Translations under genes and position numbers: made by a program
Notes under the pieces: generated by a model
The model's input: only the letters and a program-made list of their open reading frames with translations
What the model was told of the DNA's origin: nothing
Databases searched by the model: none
Shown here: positions 1-7,240 of the stretch, piece by piece
How positions within the stretch are numbered: position 1 is the stretch's first letter
Layout: the number at the start of each line of letters is the position of its first letter
Assembly: GCA_021813405.1 (NCBI GenBank)
Contig: JAKAKS010000033.1
Location: 12,995 to 44,994 of the forward strand
Length of the DNA: 32,000 nucleotides
Source: Nitrospirota bacterium
GTDB taxonomy: Bacteria > Nitrospirota > Thermodesulfovibrionia > Thermodesulfovibrionales > JdFR-88
Direction: 5' to 3'

Positions 1-961
1 TAACTATCAGCCTGAACACGTGGGACTTCCTGGCGCCCATCGCCTTAAGAAGCCCAAGTTCCCTCTGCCTTTCGTTTACTATCATATAGAAGGCAAACCC
101 TATCATCAGCAGCGCCATTACCCACAGCACTGCGCTTATTGCAAATATTCCTTTCAACAGGCCGCTAAGCTGGGCACGAACGGTTGTTATCACCTTGTCC
201 GAGGAGATGGCCTTCACTCCCTGGCCGTCTGTCGCGTAATTTATTTTCAGCGCTACCCTTTCAGGGCTGTACCCCTGCTTTACTTTCACAAGAACGGCCG
301 AGATCTGGCCCTTATCAAGCTTCAGGGGACGTATTGCTTTTTGAGCGGAATCCGCTGCCATCTTGTATGCGGAATCCATCGTCATGAAAACTGTATTATC
401 AAAGTAGTTCATGCCCGTGCGCGCCATGGTGCCTGCCACTGTAAAGGGGCTGCCGTAAAAGGGGAGGGTGTCTCCTGTAATGACCGGCACATCCCGGCCA
501 GTCAGAATCTGCCCCGTCTTCATCGAGCCGGCCAGTCCTTTTGCCAGCCATGGCGTAATGGTGAAATCCGTAGCAGGGTCGAACGCGACCAGGAATACGG
601 GCACACTGTAGCAGCAACTGAAGGTGGTTGGTTTAATGAATATCTGCGGAGAAGCCGTAAGTACGCCCTCTGTCTTTCTGACTGCATTCAGCACGGAGCT
701 GTTCATGAAGAAGCTTTCAGGCTGCCCGGAAATCAGGGCGGATTTGGCCTCCTGCACGCTGTTTTTGGGCACCACTATTACGTCTGCCCCAAGCCTGTAT
801 GTGCCTACCCGCAATGCGTTATGCATGCTTGAGATGAATAACGTGGCCGAAAAAAGAGTGCCGGTTACGACTGTAATAGCCAAAAGCAAAAGAACGCTCC
901 GGACGGGTTTTCTTCTTAAATTCCGTTCCGCCAGCGAAATGATTCTCAATCTGGTTGACAT
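1..961 (-). CDS. ABC transporter permease, FtsX/MacB-like (C-terminus runs off the left window edge)
   Basis: My own minus-strand translation from the ATG at 961-959 gives MSTRLRIISLAERNLRRKPVRSVLLLLAITVVTGTLFSATLF (N-terminal TM helix). A roughly 200-aa extracytoplasmic domain follows, then GIFAISAVLWVMALLMIGFAFYMIVNERQRELGLLKAMGARKSHVFRLIV, which is typical of the start of an FtsX domain. The frame has no stop before position 1, so the ORF track omits it. Confidence 0.8.
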   Translation of the reverse strand, partial: MSTRLRIISLAERNLRRKPVRSVLLLLAITVVTGTLFSATLFISSMHNALRVGTYRLGADVIVVPKNSVQEAKSALISGQPESFFMNSSVLNAVRKTEGVLTASPQIFIKPTTFSCCYSVPVFLVAFDPATDFTITPWLAKGLAGSMKTGQILTGRDVPVITGDTLPFYGSPFTVAGTMARTGMNYFDNTVFMTMDSAYKMAADSAQKAIRPLKLDKGQISAVLVKVKQGYSPERVALKINYATDGQGVKAISSDKVITTVRAQLSGLLKGIFAISAVLWVMALLMIGFAFYMIVNERQRELGLLKAMGARKSHVFRLIV

Positions 962-1058
962 ATGCCGCCTTTCAAGCTTCCTGGAGTATTTGCGCAGCCG
1001 GAAGAGGGCGCTTTCGCGCCCCCTTATTCAAGTGGCGGTTTGCCTTAATGCAGCGGCT

Positions 1059-2141
1059 TTATCCGCCTATCGGTTTGTGCTTCATACCCCAGCCAACGGT
1101 AATGCCGCAAAGATTCGGATGGCCCTCGGCCATTTTCACCACTATACCGTTTGCCTGATGGCAGCTTCCGCATGCCGAGATGTCCGCCACTACCTTGTGC
1201 GAATCGGCATTCATCACCATGAGGCGGCTGTCGTCCTGGTACGTCCTGGCCGGAATAAGTACCCATTTGCCGTCCTGGGTGAACGCTACGTCGTGCGGGT
1301 AGCGATGCTCAGGAAGCACGATGTGTTCTACCACCTTATTGGAATCGGTGTCTATGACCACAAGCTGGGATTTGTGGGTGGGCGGCTTGAGCCCCGGGTC
1401 GTACTCGTTTGGGGCTGATACCCACAGCTGGTTAGTGTGCGGTCTCAAATGGATCTGGTGGATGAACGTCATCTGAGGGTCGGTTATCTTTTTTACTACC
1501 TTTTTCGTTGTCCAGTCAAGCACGTAGATTGTGCCCGTGGGCATATCGGCCACATAGGCCACCTTGTTGTTATGGACCCATTGTATGCCGCATACGGCAG
1601 CGCCAACGGGGATATCGTCTACCAGCTTGGCTTTTTTGTAATTCCACTGGTAAATGTGCCCGTCTGCCATGTCCTCCAGGTACAGGCTGTTGTCTGGGCC
1701 TTTCATAACATCGCAGATCTTCTGGCCTATCTGCACCGGCTCGGAGTTCATGCCGGTCTTCAGGTTATGCACAACCATCCTGCCGTCCAATAACCCAACA
1801 TACAGTTTATCCCCTACTATCGCAGAGGCGTGGATGCCGCCGCCCCTCTTGATCTTCTCAAATGACATGCCGGCGATCTTGCCTTCCATCTCGCTGCCGG
1901 AATTTGTTATTGTGATCCTGTCGTTCTGGATGCTCACCGGCGATTTCATAGTGGCAAGGTTGATCATGGCTATGTGCCCGCCTTCACCGGCCACAAAGGC
2001 TATGCCGGTCAGCTTGGGCATATCGGCGGTTACATAGTGGTAGTCTATCCCGGTGTTGGCGGTGTTATCATCGGCGCTTGCCGTATAATAAACAGCCGTC
2101 GTCAACGCCAGCGCGATCACGGCGAGTAAAACCTTCTTCAT
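1059..2141 (-). CDS. Secreted YVTN-type beta-propeller repeat protein with a C-terminal CXXCH motif
   Basis: The 360-aa ORF starts with signal peptide MKKVLLAVIALALTTAVYYTASA. YVTN-like strand signatures recur: LYVGLLDGRMVVHNLKTG, GTIYVLDWTTKKVVKKI, QLVVIDTDSNKVVEHI and RLMVMNADSHKVVADI. The C-terminus reads ISACGSCHQANG, a CXXCH motif. An SD sequence (GGGAGGAAG) precedes the ATG. Confidence 0.8.
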   Translation of the reverse strand: MKKVLLAVIALALTTAVYYTASADDNTANTGIDYHYVTADMPKLTGIAFVAGEGGHIAMINLATMKSPVSIQNDRITITNSGSEMEGKIAGMSFEKIKRGGGIHASAIVGDKLYVGLLDGRMVVHNLKTGMNSEPVQIGQKICDVMKGPDNSLYLEDMADGHIYQWNYKKAKLVDDIPVGAAVCGIQWVHNNKVAYVADMPTGTIYVLDWTTKKVVKKITDPQMTFIHQIHLRPHTNQLWVSAPNEYDPGLKPPTHKSQLVVIDTDSNKVVEHIVLPEHRYPHDVAFTQDGKWVLIPARTYQDDSRLMVMNADSHKVVADISACGSCHQANGIVVKMAEGHPNLCGITVGWGMKHKPIGG

Positions 2142-2253
2142 GTGCTTCCTCCCTTCAATTTTTTACGCCCCCTGTAAGCCCACTTAAGAATAAAACGGGT
2201 TCCCCCCTCCCATTTTTCCTCCCACCTCCTTCCAATTCCCACTAATTAAGCTC

Positions 2254-2283
2254 AATATAATGGAAGCAACCCACGGTTTGCAA
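2254..2283 (-). promoter_or_regulatory. Sigma70-like promoter for the beta-propeller gene (TTGCAA-N18-TATATT)
   Basis: The minus strand reads TTGCAAaccgtgggttgcttccatTATATT. It lies just downstream of the YeeE terminator and about 110 nt upstream of the ATG at 2141. Confidence 0.35.
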
Positions 2284-2342
2284 CGTGAAGTTATGATTAT
2301 TAACAGGCTTTTTAATTGGAAGATGAAAGCAGATTAAAGGCA

Positions 2343-2369
2343 TAAAAAGAGGGGGCGGAAGCCCCCTCT
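2343..2369 (-). terminator. Rho-independent terminator downstream of the extended YeeE reading frame
   Basis: The minus strand reads GAGGGGGC-TTCC-GCCCCCTC followed by TTTTTAT. This is an 8-bp GC-rich stem with a tetraloop and a U-tract, about 25 nt after the stop at 2397-2399. Confidence 0.7.
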
Positions 2370-2396
2370 TTCGATTGCGGAAGGTTTTCAGTCCCT

Positions 2397-3473
2397 CATA
2401 GGTTTTATAAACCTGAAATAGACCATCGTCCAGTTGCCAAGCACAATGAAGATAGTGGAGACGATGCTTGATACAGCCAAGGTCGACACACCGGTCAACC
2501 CATGCCCGATGTTTCAGCCGCCTGCTACGGAGGCGCCAAACCCCATGAGGAGGCCGCCTCCGAATACTATTGCCAGGTCCTTTGCCGGCGGGGCGTTCAG
2601 CTTGAATTCCTTGAGGCCTTTCGAGCTGATGTATGCGCCTATCGGGACTGCCAGGATGTATATCGCGCTCCAGGTTGCAGTTATGTTGCCGAACGAGAAC
2701 ATCGGCCATGACGAATGGCTGCTGCCATTTAGCACCGCGTTGGCGAACTCGCCAAGCGGACCGGTAAATGAAATCCCCCTGGGATAACCGCCGAACACGC
2801 CGGAAGCCCACCATCCCGCGGTTGCAACTATGCCTATCAAGACACCGGCTATGGACCATTTATATCCCTTTGCCGGGCCTTTCCGGAAGGGTTTTCCCTT
2901 AAGAACGTAGATGCCCGCAATGACGGCAATTACCCCGATTAATATCCACTTGGTGGTGTCGCCTCCCCCGAAAAGGCCGTATAAGGTCAGCGCATTGCCG
3001 CTTGCGTCGTTCACCGTGTAGTGTTTCATGGCCAGATAGACCGGTTTCAATACCCCGCTGGTTGTCATGATTATCCCCATGGCGAACGCCAGTGTGGCAA
3101 GCAGGGCCGATATCAGCCCTTCGCCCACTCGGTACAGTATGCCGCTGCCGCAGCCGCTGGCAAGGACCATGCCCAGGCCGAATATATATCCGCCCACTAT
3201 GTTTGCCACGGGCGCAAAAGACTGCCTTGCAAGGGTGAAAGGACCATACTGGTCCGACCCGAGCCAGTGCATATCTTCCAGGAAATTTGCCCCTACCATG
3301 GTTATGACCAGCGCAATCAGATAGGCCCTGAAAAGGGTGACATCGTTAATGAAGATGATGTCCCTGAACGCCGTGTTCATGCAAAACCTTCCACGTTGCA
3401 ACGCAAAGCCGATTGCCAGCCCTATCACAATGGCCGAAACAGCTACTGTCCATGTGCCAGGCGAAATGCCCAT
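2397..3473 (-). CDS. yeeE: YeeE/YedE family sulfur (thiosulfate) transport protein, predicted selenoprotein with an in-frame UGA at 2514-2516
   Basis: The family motifs QRGRFCMNTAFRD, GGYIFGLGMVLASGCGSGILYRVGEGLI and LLMGFGASVAGG[TGA]NIGHGLTG are present. The TGA falls where the family has its third invariant Cys. Reading through adds 39 codons (a hydrophobic last TM helix) up to the TGA at 2397-2399. The 358-codon total matches the family length, and AGGAGG precedes the ATG at 3473. Confidence 0.75.
2480..2501 (-). promoter_or_regulatory. Candidate bacterial SECIS hairpin downstream of the in-frame UGA
   Basis: The minus-strand RNA reads UGA, then AACAUCGGGCAU (12 nt), then GGGUUGAC [CGGUGU] GUCGACCU. 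The stem has 8 bp (6 Watson-Crick, 2 G-U) and the 6-nt apical loop contains GGU. Confidence 0.5.
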
Positions 3474-3567
3474 CGCTGCCTCCTCTTTTTAGTATCCCGT
3501 ATGCGTGGGGACCGAAGTGTTTCAATAATAAATTCATAAGGCCTTAAATATCAATGGGGGTTGTCCG

Positions 3568-4362
3568 TCATTCTCCTATCTTGGGGATTATACCCCGGTC
3601 TATAACAATCCGGTACATGCGTCTGAAGAAAAGGAGTGAAAGCGCAAGGTAAACGGCATTAAGCGCCGTGGCATCCAGAAGCTCACGGGCGGGGAAACTG
3701 GCCCCGTTTATCACTGCCCGCATCCCTTCAAACGCATGTGATGCCGGGATAAACGCGGCAACCGCGCGGAGAAACCCCGGCAGGACAGAGACGGGATAAA
3801 ACACGGCTGAGAATGGCAGAAATACAAACCCGAGCGCCCAGGCCAGGATCTCGGCCTCAAGGCCGTATCTTAGAATAAGGGCGGTCGTAAATATCCCGAT
3901 AGCCCATCCCATTGCGGTGAGATTCAAAACCAGCGGCAGCAGGGAGGCCCCAAGTTTCAGGATGCTGAAGGAATAGAGAGCCCAGCCCAGCACGGACAGC
4001 AGGGCAAACGCTGCGGCCACCTTTATAAAACTCATCACGATCAGGCCAAGGACATATTCGGCCATGGTCACCGGCGTTACGAACACGTTAATCAGGTTCC
4101 TGGACCACATGTCTTCAAGAAAAGAAACCGAGATCCCCTGTTCGGCCCTGAACAGGACATCCCACAATATGAGCGCGCCTATGAAATAGGATACGAACTT
4201 CGGCATGTTCTGGCCGGATGTCCTGCGAAGGTAAACCGTCAGGAACCCCCATAAAAGCAGGTCCATGGTGGGCCAGTATACAACTTCCATAAGCCGTGCC
4301 ATGCTTCTTTTGTAAAGATAAAGCTGTCTGAGCGCAACGGCCGCAACGTGGCTTGCTTTCAT
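3568..4362 (-). CDS. ABC-2 type transporter permease
   Basis: The ORF has six hydrophobic spans and an ABC-2 membrane-domain pattern: MKASHVAAVALRQLYLYKRSMARLMEVVYWP ... FIPASHAFEGMR. I chose the ATG at 4362 because it forms an ATGA overlap with the ATPase stop. The longer track ORF has an implausible G/R-rich N-terminus. Confidence 0.85.
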   Translation of the reverse strand: MKASHVAAVALRQLYLYKRSMARLMEVVYWPTMDLLLWGFLTVYLRRTSGQNMPKFVSYFIGALILWDVLFRAEQGISVSFLEDMWSRNLINVFVTPVTMAEYVLGLIVMSFIKVAAAFALLSVLGWALYSFSILKLGASLLPLVLNLTAMGWAIGIFTTALILRYGLEAEILAWALGFVFLPFSAVFYPVSVLPGFLRAVAAFIPASHAFEGMRAVINGASFPARELLDATALNAVYLALSLLFFRRMYRIVIDRGIIPKIGE

Positions 4363-5090
4363 TCGCCTTCTCCTAGCGCCTTGAAGAAAAGCTCTTCCAG
4401 GTTTTTTGCGCCGTAGCTGCCCAGAAGGTCTGCCGAGCGGCCCTGCATCAGCACCTTTCCCTCCTTCATGAAAAGCACCCTGTCCGATACCTCCTGCATC
4501 TCCCAAAGGTTATGGGACGTATAGATGACGGACATGCCTCTTTCGGAGCAGAGCGATTTCAGCATATGCCGCGTCTTCCTGGCAATCTCCGGGTCCAGCC
4601 CGGCGGTGGGCTCATCCAGAAGCAATATCTCCGGGCTGTTTATCATGGCCTTGGCCAGCGCCAGCCTCATCATCTGGCCCGATGAAAGCGTCCTTGATGG
4701 TTTGTTCTTAAGTTTTTCGAGCCCGAACATGCCAAGCGTCTCATCGCATCTTGCGGCCCTGTCCTTGATCCCGTACATCAGTGCATAGACCATCATGTTT
4801 TCACGCGGCGTAAGTGTTAGTGGCAGCGAGACATAGCTGGAGGCGAAATTCATGCGCCTTAAAATACTTGCCCTTGTTTGCGCGGAAAGCCTTGTGCCGA
4901 ATGCCTCCACCCAGCCTGAAGACGGGGAGATAAGCCCAAGAATAGTGTGGATTAAAGTAGTCTTGCCGGCGCCGTTTGGCCCAAGCACGCCAAGTATCTC
5001 TCCTTTTTCAAGCGCAAGGCTTACGTCTGAAAGGGCGTAAACCCCAGGTTCAAACGATTTCGATATCCCTGTAACCTTTAAAATCTTCAT
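4359..5090 (-). CDS. ABC transporter ATP-binding protein (ABC-2/DrrA-like)
   Basis: Walker A (GPNGAGKTT), signature (LSSGQ) and Walker B (LLLDEPTAGLD) are present, along with an H-loop (SHNL). The start is either the ATG at 5090 (MKILKV) or the GTG at 5105; neither has a clear SD. Confidence 0.9.
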   Translation of the reverse strand: MKILKVTGISKSFEPGVYALSDVSLALEKGEILGVLGPNGAGKTTLIHTILGLISPSSGWVEAFGTRLSAQTRASILRRMNFASSYVSLPLTLTPRENMMVYALMYGIKDRAARCDETLGMFGLEKLKNKPSRTLSSGQMMRLALAKAMINSPEILLLDEPTAGLDPEIARKTRHMLKSLCSERGMSVIYTSHNLWEMQEVSDRVLFMKEGKVLMQGRSADLLGSYGAKNLEELFFKALGEGE

Positions 5091-5222
5091 AAAGCAATCT
5101 ATCACTGCAAACCGGGTGCGGTCAATGGAACTTATTGAAAATTGCCTGCTGCAAACCCGCTTGCGCCCATTTTCATGCTAGAATTTTTCTAATCTGAATG
5201 AACAGCAGGATAAGGAGGCCAC

Positions 5223-6437
5223 ATGCCCTGGAAAAGCCCTGTCTGCCTGCGCAAACTCAGAGCGGCTTTTATCATGAGCATTCTGGTCTATTTCCTGATT
5301 GCGGGCGAGATAGTCATAATGATTAGCCCGTTTGCGGCTTATTTTTTTTCAGTATATGCGCCTGTACTGGAATTGCTGGCCAAAAGCCGCCGTCTTGCAT
5401 GGGCCGCCGACTTTTTTCTGCCGCATCTTGTTTTTACCGGGGACTGGCTGGTCAGGTCAGTCTCCTTCCTCCAGATTTTTTTCTTGATTGGTCTGGTCCT
5501 CTTTCTGCTGGCTGCCCTGCCGCTTTATTATTTAAAAATCTTTAAAAAGAGGATGGCGCAGCGCGGGCCGTACGCGATGGTCAGGCACCCGCAGTACCTG
5601 GCGCTTGCAATCTCGGGTTTCGGGCTTCTTATATACTGGCCAAGATTCATTATTCTCGTTCTGTACGTAACGATGCTTTTTGTATATTACGCCCTTGCTA
5701 GGAATGAGGAATGGCGCTGCATGCGCAAATATGGTGCCTCGTATGAAGAGTATCTGAAGAAGACGCCCATGTTTATACCAGGCGCGCCTGGCGGCAGGTT
5801 CTTCATGGCGGCCTTTGGATGGATTCGCCCGCGATGGGCCGGAATGGCCGCGCTTTATCTTGTTGTGCTTGTGGGCAGCGGGCTGGCCGCAGCCGCGCTC
5901 AGGGCCCATTCTGAAAAGGTGATCACAAAATTTCTTTATACGGACAAGACTGGAAATTCCATCATGGCCGTACCGGTTTACCCTGGCAAGGCAAAAGATA
6001 TTCTTGGCATTACCGGAGCGGCTGTTGATGCTGCCGGAAGCAGGCAGGTAAATCTCCATGGTGTCAACCTGGCATATGTGATGCCAGCCGATTTCTTTTT
6101 GATGGCTGTTGCCACCGGAGAGCCGCGTTTCAATGACAGTGCCGGGCACGATAATCAGGCCCATACCGGTTTGGCTGATTTCTTCGGCATATTTTTCAAC
6201 TATATGGCAGGGCTTGCAGGCAGTGTATATTCCGCCTCGGATGTTGAGAGGGTGATATTTGTGCAGGCGGCCGGCCCGGGGGGGGCGCCTGTTGCGGCAG
6301 AGGACTGCCTGAGGGCTGGACTCATCAGGATGCCGCGTGCGATGGCCGACATGGACCTTGTAACCGGAAAGGTAATCGCGGTTAAAAAATTGGGCGGCGG
6401 CAACAAGTGGGGCCGGGCCCCCATGCCCGCGTTTTAA
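5223..6437 (+). CDS. Membrane protein: ICMT/PEMT-like methyltransferase domain fused to a roughly 210-aa C-terminal domain of unknown function
   Basis: AAGGAGG lies 6 nt before the ATG. The ICMT-family signature is VRHPQYLALAISGFGLL ... ARNEEWRCMRKYGASYEEYLKKTPMFIPG. One more TM helix follows, then a region with no motif I recognise. Confidence 0.8.
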   Translation: MPWKSPVCLRKLRAAFIMSILVYFLIAGEIVIMISPFAAYFFSVYAPVLELLAKSRRLAWAADFFLPHLVFTGDWLVRSVSFLQIFFLIGLVLFLLAALPLYYLKIFKKRMAQRGPYAMVRHPQYLALAISGFGLLIYWPRFIILVLYVTMLFVYYALARNEEWRCMRKYGASYEEYLKKTPMFIPGAPGGRFFMAAFGWIRPRWAGMAALYLVVLVGSGLAAAALRAHSEKVITKFLYTDKTGNSIMAVPVYPGKAKDILGITGAAVDAAGSRQVNLHGVNLAYVMPADFFLMAVATGEPRFNDSAGHDNQAHTGLADFFGIFFNYMAGLAGSVYSASDVERVIFVQAAGPGGAPVAAEDCLRAGLIRMPRAMADMDLVTGKVIAVKKLGGGNKWGRAPMPAF

Positions 6438-6445
6438 TCAGGCGT

Positions 6446-7156
6446 TTATTTATCCGTGTGGCAATTTCTGCAGATTATGCTCTCGAACAGGGGATTTTTA
6501 TTGCCCGAATTCCTTAGAAATTGAACCCCGCTGCCATAATTGTTTCCGTTGTGCGGGTTGTGGCAAGTGGCGCACTGCAATGTGCCACTGAAAAGGGGAT
6601 AAGTATCTGTGTTGTAGAGTGCGCCTATGAAAAAATTTGCCAAACCGTTGAAGCCGGGTCCGTTGCCAATGTACACCCGATCTCCCGCAGGATCATTACC
6701 GATGGGTATCAGGCTCCTGAACGGCGTGACAATTCCAAGGTTTACAACCTGTCCTACTGAAAAATTAAACGGGTGTTCGTTAAAGTGGCTGGTGATATTA
6801 GGGCCGGTGTCTCCGTCATGGCAGCCCAGGCAATACATTGAGCCCATGGCCGGGTTGGGTGGGTCGTCCGCGGCTTTCTGGCCGGTTGGAATGCCTATGT
6901 TGTTGGCGGGCATGGAATCATAAGAGTAAGAAATATTATAAGTGTAGTTGGATATGCCGTCATCCCAAAGCATATGCTGATTAATTAGGTTGGAGCTGGC
7001 TATGTGCGGGTGATGGCAAAAAACGCACAACTGCCGCGTTTCGGGCAGTTTGCTTATGGAGTTCATATCGTGCTTTGATTGCATCAGGCCCATTGCAAGC
7101 GCATGGTGCACGGCTGCGGCTGCAAGGGCCAGAAACAGGATGAGAATTTTCTTCAT
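6446..7156 (-). CDS. Periplasmic tetraheme c-type cytochrome
   Basis: The signal peptide is MKKILILFLALAAAAVHHALA. Four CXXCH motifs are present: CVFCH, CLGCH, CATCH and CRNCH, two of them in the form CxxCHxPH. I chose the ATG at 7156 (AGGGGA SD) over the track start at 7195. Confidence 0.85.
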   Translation of the reverse strand: MKKILILFLALAAAAVHHALAMGLMQSKHDMNSISKLPETRQLCVFCHHPHIASSNLINQHMLWDDGISNYTYNISYSYDSMPANNIGIPTGQKAADDPPNPAMGSMYCLGCHDGDTGPNITSHFNEHPFNFSVGQVVNLGIVTPFRSLIPIGNDPAGDRVYIGNGPGFNGLANFFIGALYNTDTYPLFSGTLQCATCHNPHNGNNYGSGVQFLRNSGNKNPLFESIICRNCHTDK

Positions 7157-7240
7157 CGGTTTCCCCTGTTTTTGAGGGTCTGAATGCCGTGGCATTTTTA
7201 ACCGTTGTCTTAAGACGGGGAATGGTGCTTGCCTGATTCC

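Noticed and set aside
20-1418. Long plus-strand ORFs 20..832 (270 aa) and 624..1418 (264 aa)
   Set aside because: They are antisense to the FtsX permease and to the 3-prime end of the propeller gene. Their products are C/H/R-rich with no motifs or SD, while the minus-strand frames give clean family signatures.
2514-2516. Reading the TGA as a true stop (truncated or pseudogenised YeeE) or as a genome-wide codon reassignment
   Set aside because: Truncation would remove the invariant Cys motif and the last TM helix, yet the downstream 39 codons remain open and hydrophobic and end just before a terminator. Reassignment is excluded because TGA ends several genes here, as seen in the ATGA overlaps. 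A very recent nonsense mutation cannot be fully excluded without orthologues.
2242-2859. The 205-aa minus-strand ORF and the plus-strand ORFs overlapping the YeeE 3-prime region
   Set aside because: They are out of frame with the YeeE motifs, R/G-rich and low-complexity. The 2242..2859 ORF also runs across the terminator hairpin at 2343-2369.
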